From: Klebsormidium nitens | Lineage: Eukaryota; Plantae; Klebsormidiophyceae | Reading direction: 5' to 3' | Assembly (NCBI GenBank): GCA_000708835.1 | Contig: DF237100.1 | Coordinates: forward strand, 71,660 to 135,659 | DNA length: 64,000 bases | Shown here: positions 51,035 through 64,000 of the stretch, piece after piece | Layout of the letters: each line of letters opens with the position of its first letter | Numbering within the stretch: position 1 is the stretch's first letter | Made by a program: the position numbers and the translations under genes | The notes under the pieces: generated by a model | Database searches by the model: none | What the model was told of the DNA's origin: nothing | Seen by the model: the letters and a program-made list of their open reading frames with translations, nothing else

Positions 51035-51868
51035 GCTTCCTGTGTGAAGGCGGAGTGATGCAAAACGTTGGAGCTTCTTCAAGCTTCGAAAAGTGGCAAA
51101 CTCTTGTAAAAAGATGATTGAATAGAGGCGCAAACTACAGTACTTTGCACTTGGTGAAAATCTACCCGCTGCTTGTAGACTTCGCTTTCACTCTCGTACG
51201 GGCACTCTTTGTAGGAAGAACGAAGCTCGCTTGACAGAGAAGGTAGCCCAAGGTAGCAGCCAAAGATTGGAGTTGTAGCAATTGTGACGTATGACACGGA
51301 AAGCTTTGGAACCGACATTGCTTGCTTCGAGAATCTTGCCGTTTGACATTCGAAGAGGCCAGACGTTTGAGGCTGCGCAAACGTTCGGTCTGCGCAAACC
51401 TTGTACATAACAGCGCTGATGCGCATTTCGCGGCGCGGGCGGTGTCCGACACTGATTTTGGACCGTCCGGTCGCCGCCAGCTATCGGTCCCCCGGACGTT
51501 TCAAACCCCGCTGCAGGGTTTCGCAGATGGAGGCGGCCGCGTCAGAAGCCTGACGCAGACGTCGGTTGCTGCGACAAATCAAGGGCCGGCCATTGCATCC
51601 AACATTGATCATTATGGTGCTTGCCGTCTTCATCACAGGATTTGTAATTGCTAAACAGAGTATTCGAAATAATCTGAAGTTCTAGGTGCGCGTAAGCGAT
51701 TCTGCAGACAAAAGTATCTAAACATTGGCAGGCATTGACTGCAGGGAGGCACGCTGCTGGTCAGCCAGCTGACAGGGCTCCTCATCCTAAACCGGTGCTT
51801 CCGTGCACTAGAGTCCAGAATACATGTACAAACACCTTCTGACAGAGAATCCCAAAGCGTTGATTACG

Positions 51869-54800
51869 ATGGAGAGTCTCTCTGCAACCCCATACTGCAC
51901 AAAGCTGCACTCAACCCTCCAGAGTGTAAATCAATCTGGCAGCTTCTGTATCTCAAACACGCTGAAGTCCTTCAGCCTTCCAGGGCTGGAGGTGTCTGCA
52001 CTCGGCCCGATAAGCATGCCGCTTAATCCCTACCAAGCGCAGCAGCTTGCACAAGCGTGCTTCCCCGCACCTTTTGGCCGCAGGTGAGAATTAAGTGTCG
52101 CGCGCTCAAATTAGCCCTTGACCTCACCAGGTTGCATTTTCTTCCAGTATTTCACGATCCAATCTTTCAAAGTGATCTGTCTCTTTTGGCGTTTTTCTAC
52201 ATCTGCTGGTTTAAATAGAGATCTTCTTGGAAGACCTCCGATTGCCTGCACTTGAGGTGCCATTAAGACGCCTCATTATTGTTGAATTCTCTGTCATGCT
52301 TGCTCCAGAAATGGAAGCAGGCTAAAAATTGACCTCAGGTGACGCAGCGACGCAGATTCAACGAACTGTCTCAACAGTAAGCCGCTTCCTTTCCTTCTGT
52401 AACAGGGACGCAACCATCTATGACGACAGTGTCCGCAAATGCCGGCAGCTTTCCCCCCACGAATTCAGACTAGCGGGACTGGATTGGGATTCCCAAGTGC
52501 GTCAGCTGGCAAATGAAAGGGTCAAGCGGGACCTTGGCCTCCCAGAGACTCTCACAGTGATTCCAAAACTCTACAAGTGCCTCTTATATGAGGCTGGCGA
52601 CTTTTTTACGAGTCATCGTGACACCGAGAGAGAGGAAGGCATGTTTGCGACCCTGGTCATCGCGCTGCCCTCCGCACACTCTGGAGGTGAGCAGTTGGAA
52701 TACAAGCCATCCATTACTCCTATCCTCAAAGATCATCTTTATTTTTGTCTTAATTCTGACCTGGCTTTTGGTAAGTTTGCGTCTGATCACGTTGCAAGCT
52801 TCGAATGGTACTTGCAGCATCTCATTCCGGCTGCTCACAGATTACAAGGGGACCAATCTGCTCGACGACCTTGATGTGGATTTCGTTTTGCACCTCGAGA
52901 CAAGCTTCGTACTTCGGACTAGTTTTCGAAGTGAAATGATTCAAGACGCGTGTACTTCTAGGAGAGCTTGTGGTTCGCCACGCCGGCCAGGAGATTGTCG
53001 TCGACTTCGGCAGCAGAGACCTGTACCAGCTGCACTACGCCGCCTTCTTCGCAGACTGTCAGCACGAGCTGCGGCCAGTCCGCTCGGGTTACCGCCTGGC
53101 GCTTGTCTACAACCTCATCGCTCAGGTATGGCCCTTACAGAGTCACTGACATCAGGAACTTCTTTGTTCGGACGAGATCCGTCCGCACCAATGTAGAAGG
53201 TGACGGACTCAGTTTAGCATGTTCACAGAGATTGAAGAAGATCCAGAAATATACCATGAGATCTGCCATGATGCAATATTCAGAACGGGAACCTTGACGG
53301 CATGAAAGCCCAAACAGAAGTTTAAGAGGTTGCCTGGGTTTCACGAAATTTCTTGACACCCTGAACTTGGTCTGAACCAACAATTTGACTAAATTCAGTT
53401 CAGATTTAATTTCAGATAAACACTCTCCAAAACCGCGACGTCGGAAGCTGATGAGCAATCGGTAAAAGTGTCGCATACGTCGAACTTTATGAAAGACAGA
53501 AGAATCTTCGTGACGTGGATATGATGAAAACCGCCAGCACATTCTAGTTCAGGAAGAAAGTTGAAAAATATAAGAGTAATGTATCGGGCGCCTGACTGAC
53601 AAAGTTAGCGACTACAGCTTTGTCACCTTATTCGTTTCCTTCCGCTCGACCGCATTCCGTTTTGATGTTTGTGGTGTATGCAGGGATCCACGCGCGTCCC
53701 GCAGCCTGCCAACAACACGGAAGCGGCTGGAGAGATCGTGAAGGCCACCAAAGCTTGGAGCCAAGAAGAGAGAGGCCCTCAGAAGCTGGTCATCCCTTTG
53801 GCACACCAGTACTCGAGCAAGAGCCTGACCTTCGACAGCCTCCGGGGAACGGACATGGCCACCATTGACGTCATCTTGCAGGCAGCCAAGGTGCGGAAGA
53901 CTCAATGTTTCTTGGCTTTTGGTGAAATGAAAAGCACTCGCTCTGAGAAAATGGGGTTATTATGTTCAAACTTGTCGAACTCCATTTAAATCCATTCGGA
54001 GAGAGTAAGTTGTTTCCTTTCAGGGCTGTCTGCTCGCACGCATGTACGTTTCCGCCGCTGGCAATAATGGTCGACTCAACACGTCCCCCGGTGCTCTGCA
54101 TGACGTCACGCTTTTTCATAGGTCAAATTCTCGCAAATATAGGAAATTGTCTCGTCGATTGACCTAATAATCGGTGTCGGTCTTGTGATTCAGGCCCCGG
54201 GTGCACCTCCCTTTCATTGTTACTTGGGAACATTGGAAAAGTACGAGGACGGTTGGAAAGAATCGTACCGGAGGGGCGACGTCACGAGTACGTACACGAA
54301 GTTGCGCGACCTGGTGGCTGCTGACGAGGCGGGGCACACGTATGACACGCTCACGTTCAGTCGGAGTGGTGAGGATCGTTCACTCGGGTCTCGTCAATCG
54401 GGGCTGAACAGCTTGTGAACACTAGCATCTTGTAGCCTTCAAATTTGGATGGATTCATGTATGTCACGAAAGATTGATACCTTGAGTGCCGTTAGGTCAT
54501 GGATTTGACTCTAAGTGATCCACAGAACGTTAAAGAGAGCCTCACTAGGCAGCAATGTGGCTATCTTTTCTCTACCTTGTCATCCGCAGCAGACCAACGT
54601 TTGACCGACTCTTCTACTTGCAGCTTCGGAAATGCATGCTTGACGCGCTCACCCTCATCCTATTGACATTCCTGCAGAGCTCGTCCCAGAGGAAGCTCTG
54701 GACAACCGGGGCTGGGCAAGAAGGTGAAGACACCGGGAACGAGGGAGTGAAAGAGGAGCGCTGGTACCATCAGGCGGCGGTCATCCTCTGGCTGCACACT

Positions 54801-57414
54801 AATCACTGGGAGGTGATCAGCGCCGACAACGGAGATCAGGCCGTCATGGTGAGCCAGCGGAACACCTGACGGAGCAGGGTCGATCGGAGATGGCAACTCG
54901 CTCCCCTATGCATTCATTCCCTCTGCAAATCATTCCAACCTATGAAAGGACATGGTCGTAAAGCTACCATACTTTGACGAGCGTCTGTTATAGACTGGCA
55001 ACAATGAGAAAGGCAGTGTTTCTTTACCACCCTTTCAATTTTGGTATATTCCAGGAGGCGTGCTCAGTTTCCGACGCGCTGAGAGCTCTTCCGCGCATTC
55101 TTGAGGCCGTATGCATGCGCACGGGAACCCTTTCTCCAGGGGAGGCGGGCACCGTCACGGATCTCATCCTCAAGCACGGCCACGTGTCACTCGAGGACGA
55201 GATGTCGCGTGCGCTCGAGGCGCTGTGCAAACGTTCGAACCTGCTTTCAGACGTTCATGCCAGAAAGCTGGCCAATCTCGTCATTCAACACGGCACTATG
55301 GACCATGCAAAGGTGAGCATCCAAGTTTAGCAACGGCCGTCACGTCGTTCTTCTGGTGTTGTCAGCCCGGCAACGAATAATGGGCACACATTTTAACATT
55401 GGGACTCGTGAAGATTACTAAGGACAGCCAAAATGAGATGAAAGCATCAATTGTTGCATCTGCTTGCTAAAAAGTCACCCGAAACAAACGCTCTGTTGGA
55501 CTGGATTCTGCATCTGAACCTGCCTTCAGCGGCCAAGTCTTTCTGTAACTGTCTTGCTCTTTCGACCGCTGAAACTCTGCTTCTCCGTATAACTTTTTCT
55601 TGTCCAATAGAAACAGGTTTCTGAATGCCACGACGTGCACTTACAAAATTCTCGTCCCACAAGTAAGCCTCCAAAACATCAGCAGACGATGCACCAGTTT
55701 TACACGAGACACAAACGACGTCCTACGTTCCTTCGCATATCGCAAGCTTCGCCCTAAACGCACTGAACAACTTCGAACGCGGCAACAGTTGATCCTCGTT
55801 TTGCTGCTGCTTCCAGACGTTTGTCCATCGCTATCGTGGCCCGCACGCGCCCGCCAAGCCCGTCGTGGCTCTCCTCGGGGCCCACTTCGGCTGGGAACCG
55901 CTGCAGCTACAACTGCTCGCCGCTATCAAGCACTCTTTCTCTCCATCCAATCTGGCCCGCGGCTTCTGGCTCATGCTAGACGTAGGGCCACCTTTTGCAA
56001 ACCAAGAAGGGTCGGCTGAAGGAGAGCCCCGCTGCGGGGCGGCCGCGGGGGCCAGCTCGACCGGGGGCAAAGGGCGCCTGGACGGAGCGGCTGCGGCCGC
56101 GAGCGAGCGCGCGCGCGTCGAACTGTGCGCGGACGCCGTCGCCTGGTTGACCGCGTTCGTTTGCGCGCGCCGCCTCGCTGTCGATGACTGGGATAAAGGC
56201 GACGATAATCTCCAGTTCGGCCTCAGAGACATAACTGCCACCGGAGCCTATTTAACGGTTCTGGAGCGGTACGGACCCAACAGCTGGGCACTCTTGACGG
56301 AGAGAGTAGCGAAAGAATTGGTTGGCGTCTCCCTGACTATGGCGACGGAGCTGCTGTTCAGGATCGCGGTCGACAAATGCGGCGGGTGCCCGGGCGCACG
56401 CGCAAACGGCGACCTTTTACCTGGGGCCGTGGCTTTCTGCAAGAGCTTTGCGAACGAGGTGGTCGCCGCGCTTCTGAAAGAACAGGACGCGCCGCCCCCT
56501 CCCCCACCCCGCTCGACGCCGTACTATTATGATCCGCTAGACCCCGCGCGTAGCCCTGAGTGGTTCTGCCAACTGCTCCGGTCACTCCACTGCCTCCAAG
56601 TTCCCCTGGAAACCATGCAGTCGTTGTTCGCCCACTTCGTCGCCACGCCTCGGCTTCACGACGTAGACACGACAGTCGTTCCGGCAATCGAGCCGCTTTT
56701 TGAGTGGTTAGGAGCCGACCGCGCCAAAGCGACCCCCTGGTTTGTGAAGCTCTGCCTGGCGTGCCTGGCCGAGCGGAAGAAGGTCTGTGTGGAGCCTCCC
56801 GTGCCGCGGAACTGGGCGGTTCCCGCAACGTGCGGGTGCGACTGCGACAATTGCCAGGAGCTACTAAAACTCTGCCTCCATCCAGCCCGCACGCGACATA
56901 CTATGACTGTGCCAGAAGAGATGGAGGCCCATGTACGGGACACTGTGCAAAGGTGAGCCAGACACTTTGCGGCCTGAGCAGGCTTCACTGCCAAACTCAA
57001 GTTTTGATGTATGTCATTGTGTTTAGATGTATGTCAAGGGTATTCGTATATCAACATTTGTTGTTTTCCGACAGTATTGGATTGGCCTTGATCATTAGAA
57101 GCACCTTCTAGAGCTCCTTTGCACGGCGCAGTGCCAGCTATAAAAGTCCAAGCACCCTGGAAAGTGGTTAAAGCCAAGGGGGTTTGCTCTACAGGTACGC
57201 AATCCCCGTCTGGACGGAAGGGCGAAAAGGGCGTACCTATCTCGAGTGGATCCAGGTTGGCTCTACAGGCTTCTCCGATGAATGGGATGCGACTCAGGCC
57301 GTCCGGTTGCAGGAGGCTTACGCGAAGAACGTAGAAAAGCTAGCGCAAACTGAAAAGGTCCTCAACAAGGTGCTTGGAGAAGATCTGCTTGCCAATTTGA
57401 AGGGGAACGTGTGA
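51869..57414 (+). CDS. 2OG-Fe(II) oxygenase-domain protein with a Cys-rich C-terminal module and an apparent +1 frameshift in exon 6. Exons 51869-52083, 52406-52686, 52962-53125, 53684-53890, 54194-54368, 54678-54848, 55055-55312, 55817-56952, 57195-57414
   Basis: KLYKCLLYEAGDFFTSHRDTE (HxD), MFATLVIALPSAHSGG|ELVV, FADCQHELRPVRSGYRLALVYNL (distal His and the 2OG-binding Arg), TGNEG...ERWYHQAAVILW, CGCDCDNCQEL. An upstream in-frame ATG at 51824 is an alternative start. Confidence 0.85.
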
Positions 57415-58455
57415 ACCTAAAAACTACTTCGCGTATACGTTCTCGGATGTTCATTCTGCGAAAGAGCTAGACATGCCATGCGCACCGTGGCACGTGTTCC
57501 GTGCTTGTAGATCTACGTTGTAATATACCATGCATGTACGTATTATCATTTACGAAGTATACGAAGGAAAAACGTACATGCTCGCCTCTCATTGTCGGAA
57601 GACCTGTTTACCAACCCTGGGCCGCAGTTACGTACAATTGAAGTGGATTGACTTTGTAGCCGGCTGTATATCCTTATTGAAAGAGGCCCGCACGCGCGAA
57701 TACAGTGTAGTGCTGCAGCGGCTGCGTTTGCTCGCGACACCAGATTTCCAAGCGGTCAACCGATGTCGACGTACGTAGGACGCGCCTAGGCGCACATGTG
57801 CATGCTTCATACAATTGCACGATCTGAATCCATCCTCGCACATGTACCTACAATGTGGGGCGGCAAGTGCCACTGTGCATATATAACCACTAGGGCCCAA
57901 TTGCATGCATGCTTTCATATAGGACCGTAATTCAGTAATGAAAGCGTGTGGGCGCGAACATACGTGTACTCGTCGGAAGATCCTGCTGTACAGCCACATA
58001 CATTCGGAAAGCTCGACATGTCAGATATGAAAGAGGAGTTTGCGGAAGCATCAGCCTCCAGAACTCATATCATTGTGCATGGCTTTTTGATTGCTTCCCC
58101 TTTATTGCATGCAGCAAGAAGGGCCGCTGTCAGGGTACAAGGCACCATACTTTCAAAATTTATAGCGGGACCATATGCGGCGCGGAGCATGGGAAGATAA
58201 TCACAGCGCACTTTTGCTTAGCAATCTGACACACACAGAATCCTTCGTTGCAGACATGGAGACAATTATCCGCAGCAAGCTTTTGAAGTGGCCCGCTTGA
58301 ACTACAAAACGCCCTCCAAAAAGGCAGTGCGCGAGCATTGATTTAGTCGTCCCACCCCCCCCATGTCACTCCTCGCAGACCTCGGACCCCTTCCCACACC
58401 CCGCCCCCAGTTCCTTGACGATAACTCCTTCCCCTTCCCCCGTTGCTCCCCTTAT

Positions 58456-61400
58456 CTACTCGTCCAACTCTTTGTTGATCTCCTTGATCAGCTCTTTTCT
58501 ATATTCCTCGAACGATCCGTCATACCGCGCCACCTTCCCGTGCTCCACTACCCACACCTCGCTCGTCTCCTCGTCCCCGCACACACGCGAAATGAGCCGC
58601 GCGTCGTGGCTCACGAGCACCACTCCCCCACTGAACTCTTCTAGAGCGTCTGCCAAAGCGTCGATGCTCTGCATGTCCAGATGGTTCGTTGGCTCGTCGA
58701 ACAACAGTCTGCGGAAGGATCGAGACGGTTAAGCAACCAAAAGGGGAGGCGAACCAGATAGATACAAACACTCTGATGAGGAACTTTAGACGCGGGGGCA
58801 AGTCAAATAGCAAACTGGCGCAGGCAGAGTTTGGCGGCAAAGGTTTGTGGGCACCAGGAAGGCAAAAGTCAAACGCAAGGGAACTTAAACCTGGCTGAAA
58901 CAAACGAGGGAGAAGACGGAGGTAAACAGAGAGAACAAGGACCTCGCAGAGGTGTATGGAGAATAAAGAAGCCATATCTGCTTCAGAGTACGGGGTGTGT
59001 TAAAAGATATAGGGAGGTAGAGTCCAAGAAAACAAGGTAAACGACTGTACTCCTCTACCGCCAGATCGCAAAGTTACCTTGACTCAAAGCGAAGAGGCTC
59101 CTCCAGGCGAAACGACTTTCCCGCCCTTGTTGCTTGCGAACGTGGTTCACCGTTGCCCCTCTTAGACAAAGTGGGACACAATGAAGAGCACGTTGCCCAT
59201 CGCTTGGCACTACGGTCACTTAGAAACGGACTCGTCTACTTACATGTGCGGCTGCTTGAGCGATATTGAGGTGAACACGACGCGCGCCTTCTGGCCGCCC
59301 GACAATTTGATGATTGGCGTGAGGTGGTTGTGGCTGGGCAGCCCGAACTTGCCCAGCTTGGCGCGCATCGCCTCGCTCTTACTGGGGCCCTCCTGGTCAG
59401 GGTACAGCCGCAACAGGTACTGCGCGAAGGAAAAGGAGACGTGAGCTATTGGATAGCCGTTAGGCAGTTGATTCTCAAATTAGGTATCAATTTCACGGTC
59501 AAGGTGGTGTTTGGGATTGGTTTTGAGCACAAAATGAGGTATTGAGCTTCTGCTTACGAGGCGCCGAACCGGCTTTCGGGGCCCTCTTAAGCAACCAAAC
59601 GTCGCGAAATTGCACAAGACAGAAATAACGGGGTATGCAGACCGACGTCGCCGACTTTCGTCTGGAAGGGGAGGCCGGAAATGCGTCGAGATAGGAGGAC
59701 TTTATGCACAAAAGCCTTGAATTAAATCCAACGCACGAGCGCAAAGGTATGGGAGGGGAGGTTGGCGCTTCTGCAAAGCGGCCGATTGCTGCTCCTCTTC
59801 ACCTGGATAAACAAGCATAAAAAGGCACCAGCAGGGAACCCTCCGCCTGCATGAATCCGAGGACTCAATTCAGCACGTTTGCACAGCCCCGCAGCAATAC
59901 CACCCCAGAGCCCGAAAAGATTCTCACCTTCTGAAGCACCTTTGAACCCAACAGACAAAACTACACATATGAATTCTGGGAGTCTATAATACTTAGGGCC
60001 GCTCCCTCACCTGCACGGGGTTCTCGTCCATTGTCAGCAAGTCCACAAAGTGCTGCGAATACCGCCCGATGCGCAGCTTCTGACTCCGCCTCGTTTCTCC
60101 CTCCGTCGGGTCCAGATCCCCGGCCAGCAGGTTCAGCAGCGTCGACTTCCCCGCCCCGTTGGGCCCAATGATCGCCACCCTAGTTCCCATGTCCACCCCC
60201 ACGTTGACGTCACTCAGCCGGAAGTCCGACCGGTTCGGGTACTCAAAGCTGACGTCAATTATTTGCAGCAGGGGCGGCGTCAGCAGCGTCGGCTCCGGGA
60301 AATGGAACACCACCTCGTAGTCTTTCCACTTCCGGGGGGCTTCCACAGGCGCGTCCTCGTCCCCCCCCGCCGCGGCGGCGGCCTTGCCTTTACTCTTTTT
60401 CTCCCGCTTTTCCTGCGCCATTTTGGCGCGGTCCTTGACCTTATCCTGGCTGGCCTTGCTGCCGCTCGCTTTGGCGGCCTTAAGCTGCTTGTCGTACTTC
60501 TCGTAAAGCTTGTTGTTCTCCGTCCGTTTCTTCTCGTACATGTCGTCGAACGCGTCGAAGTTGCCCCTGCGGAGAGCCCGCGGGGGAGGCGTCAAGACTC
60601 GTGCTTCGAGAAGGCAGTGCTACCAAAAGCACATCGTGTGCTCGGAGAGAAATAGCTAAACTCAAGGGGTACAGTGCCGAATCTTCAAGGCTTTATCCTA
60701 CGTTGAACAACTAACACGACCTGATTTTCAAGCCCAGTGGAACAGTAAGTAAGTATCCAGATAATCTTCACGTCGAAGCAAAGTATCTCCCTAACGAATC
60801 AACTATCCAGTCAAGACATGCCAGCGTACCACTCAAGACATTTCCGCCTCTCCAACCTCATGCTGATCATCTTTGTTCCCAAAGATGCTGTTTGACCTTT
60901 CCTTTAAACCTAGAATAGGGCCCCAGATAGGTTGCGCAAGTGCCCTCAAACGGGAACTCTGGAGAGCAGGGTTCCAAAACTCTGGCTTTCAGATCTTTTG
61001 GGGTTTGCCCCTCACCTGTAGTAGTGCAGCTTGAGATCAAACAGGTGTATAATATCGGTGCAGACGGAGTTGAGGAAGTCGCGGTCGTGAGACACGACCA
61101 CGAGCGTCTTCTTCCAGCGCATGAGGTACTCCTCGAGCCACAGCACGGCGCGCAGGTCCAAGTGATTAGTAGGCTCGTCCAGGAGAAGCAGCGTGGGCTG
61201 GATGAAGAGCGCGCGCGCGAGGGAGATGCGCATGCGCCACCCGCCGCTGAAGGACTTGGTGGCTCGGCCCTGCGATTTTGGGGGAAGAAGAATGTTTGTC
61301 AGACGGCGTGGGGTCAAACCTGGAAAGGAAGCGACCATCAGGTTGGATAGTGGTGGCGAGCGTGAATTCCATCTTTGGTCGGACGAAGTGTTCACAAAAC

Positions 61401-63682
61401 ATGCAGAGTAGGTTGGAGGTAGCCGTCTAACTTGCTGAAGGTCAAAGTCGAGAGTCTTGTGCGTCACGCCAGAATTTATACTGGAGGCGAAATTGCGCAA
61501 AAGGGTTCCTCATCCCCTTCCTCTCCCAAGTGAGAATCTGGTTCTGGAAAAATGCTGAACGGACCTTGATCACACAGCGGGGCGTCTCCGATCAATGGCA
61601 ACATGAGAACGCGAAGATTGGCGGCCAAGCTTGTTCAACTTGGCCTCAAGAAAGATTGCCACAGATCCCAACGGTTGACCGGCAAAAGTGAGGTGACGGG
61701 ATTGTTAATGCTAGCTTGAAGAGCAAACAAGCTTTCCATGAATGCTTGCACATATACTCGTAGACCGAGCCTGTAGCCGTAACGTCTCAACAAGAATCAT
61801 ATTCTCACCTCACTAAATCCAAGTGAGTCCTGCTTAGACAAGAAACAAGTTCATCCCTCGTCCTTTACCAAAGTCAAAACGAGCAACGACCGTCCGTTGG
61901 TGCCTTGTCAAGGCAGTAAGAGAACGAACGACCATCCGTCTTTTGGCGTCCCGTCAAAGCAGAAAGAAAACGAACGACCGTCCATTGGCGCACCCCGTCG
62001 AACCAGAAAGCGTAACGACAGCCTGAAGCCTACCACTTTCCAATTCAACCTCCGCAATAATATTCGACTTGGGAACTTGAGAGCGAAATTGCTGACACTG
62101 CCCTTTTCCTTGCTCGTTTTCTGGCCCCCACCTGCATAGCGGAGTCAAAGCCCAGTCCTGCCAGAATCTTGGACGCCCTCGCGTCCGCTGACTCGGCACC
62201 AATCTCCTTCATGCGCTCGTAAATCACCGTCAAGCGATCCGCCGCCGCTGCCTCTTCTTCCTCGTCAACATCTTTGCTGTCGTCATCTAACGTCAGGGCC
62301 TGTCCAAAACGAGACAGAAGGTCAGCGCACCAAGGAAAAGCTTCATTGACGGTTGGAAACAGCTTCCAACAAGACATCGGTTAGCAACCTCGCGCAGTCA
62401 AAGTGGCAAACAATGGAGGGGACCCAAGGTATTACTCGACCCAACGCTCCCGCAAGTCTCGTCTCTGCATGAAAAGCACGTTGAGTACGGTATATAGCAC
62501 CTGACTACAAAGACTGACAATCGCTGTGTCTGCAGAACAGATTCATTTTGCTCATATCATCTCACCACTCTGCTCCAACTCGTTGCCGCAACTGTGGGGA
62601 CAATCTGTCAGTTCCCTCTGTCTGAGAACGATTCTTCCCAATTCAGAAGGAAAGGATATGCGGCCTGAGACTCCCTCACCTGTAACCGCTGCTCCTCCTC
62701 TCTGAGCGACACAAGCTCCTGGTCTGCCGCCACCACCGCCTCCAACGCACTCTTGTCCTCGCCCACGACCTGACATCAGCATAAGAAATGCAAGGGTCAG
62801 AACAAGGGTCGTCCGAGGACCCTGACATATTACATATCCGAGCATCACAAACATAAGCAAGATGCTGCTCGGGCAAAGTAAAGCCTTCATGACATTCCCC
62901 TCGTCACTGACTCCGTTTTGCATGCTCTGACATTTTGATTGCTGTTACGACGTGCTACGAACTGCGGACATATCATTCTTCAGAGAATGGTTATGTTGGA
63001 AAAGATTTGACACCCCCGAGGAAACATTGATCGACGGAGGTGAAAGTGCCGATCCTTGGGAGAAACAAAGTCCGCCAGTAATTTACAAATCGCACTCATC
63101 AAACAACTTGTTTACCACAAGGATACTTGGCCTGAAGTCTTGTTTCAGCCCATCGCACAGGCGGGACACCAAAACTTATCAAATCGAGACCCTGGTTTCA
63201 AGAAGCACACGCACACGGATAACCACTGGCAAAACCCTCACCTCCTGTTCCACTAGCAGGACGTCAATATTCTTCGGGATTGGTATTTGTCGCGTGGACA
63301 CCAGTTTGAGCAGCGTCGTTTTGCCCTTCCCGTTCGGCCCCACGAGGCCGTACCTCCTGCCCGCAACGATGTTCAAGTTCGTGTTCACTAGCAGCTCCTT
63401 CCCCTTCGCCGACACCGAAAAGTTCTCCACCTTGACATCCCTACTGTTCGCGTCGACCGCTTCTTGCTCCCCCTCTAGTTGGCTGGACCGCGAAGCCACG
63501 GCCACCGAGAAAGCATTCATGTCGTCCCGCAGGGCCTCTTCTTTTATTTTGAGCGCCGCGGCCGCTTGCTGCATCTCTTTCCGTTCCCGCTTCTTGGCTT
63601 CGCGGTCTGTCACCGATGTGTCTAGCTCTGCAGCGTCGGACTTTGCGCTCACAGAGACAGGTCTGGACCCGGATGAGCTGGC
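58456..63682 (-). CDS. ABCF4: ABC-F family protein (ABCF4/GCN20-like, soluble translation-associated ATPase); 5' exons lie beyond the window. Exons 63682-63242, 62769-62680, 62299-62132, 61269-61016, 60566-60011, 59419-59244, 58708-58456
   Basis: Two ABC cassettes and no transmembrane segments: [14 protein letters not shown]; [16 protein letters not shown]...[11 protein letters not shown]; [14 protein letters not shown]; [11 protein letters not shown]...[17 protein letters not shown]. Confidence 0.93.
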
Positions 63683-64000
63683 CTGGAGATAAGTTAGAGA
63701 AAGTTTAGTCGAAGGAGAATCCTGTCTTGTGACTGGGGCAAGTCAGCATCACCCGGGGTTGTGCAGTTCAGAGGACATATTCGAAGGCCTTCTGAGAGTA
63801 TCCGCCCGGGTTAAACAAACGACAATCATAGAAGAAAGTTCCTCTGATACAGGCTTCCTGAGAAAGCTGCCTTTTCAAGCCTGGAAGCAGGTTTCGATGA
63901 GCAGAAGACTGCCCACGCAGCCCCGACATGCGCAATGCAACCCTGAGCAATCGGCGACAGGCGCTCTGCTTGTAAAAGTGGGCGGGCCCTTAGCTTGGTT

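Noticed and set aside
60050-63692. Plus-strand ORFs 60050-60655 and 62952-63692
   Set aside because: Antisense shadows of ABCF exons.
1-64000. tRNA, rRNA or snRNA genes
   Set aside because: No cloverleaf with A/B boxes or conserved rRNA/snRNA motifs were recognised by eye. A covariance-model scan (tRNAscan-SE, Infernal/Rfam) would be needed to exclude them.

Overview
Eukaryotic, intron-rich nuclear DNA. The GT-AG introns are mostly about 200-500 bp, and plastid-type genes are present (FtsZ, DUF760, P-type PPR). Gene content and intron style suggest a streptophyte green alga such as Klebsormidium; this is inference, not a database result. I reconstructed 13 spliced genes by hand: EDR2-like/DUF1336 (5' partial, +), Phi-class GST (-), DUF760 protein (-), PPR protein with 9 motifs (+), organellar ribosomal protein uL22 (-), Mediator MED11 (+), Mediator MED31 (-), U6 snRNA phosphodiesterase USB1 (+), two tandem paralogous protein kinases with acidic N-termini (-), a very long divergent FtsZ (-), a 2OG-Fe(II) oxygenase of a patchily distributed type (+), and ABCF4/GCN20-like (5' partial, -). 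I found no rRNA, tRNA or CRISPR array. Most notable observations: (1) FtsZ has a ~720-aa extension encoded by one 2.2-kb exon and altered signature motifs; (2) the kinase pair splits into RD and non-RD types, and one copy has AT instead of AG at the acceptor before its catalytic exon; (3) a CACTA-like transposon end with CCGTCGACGG palindromic repeats sits in a PPR intron; (4) the 2OG oxygenase has an apparent +1 frameshift; (5) two Mediator subunit genes are adjacent; (6) perfect palindromes cluster between MED31 and USB1. None of these is a demonstrated new system. Most of the supplied short ORFs are antisense or intronic shadows.
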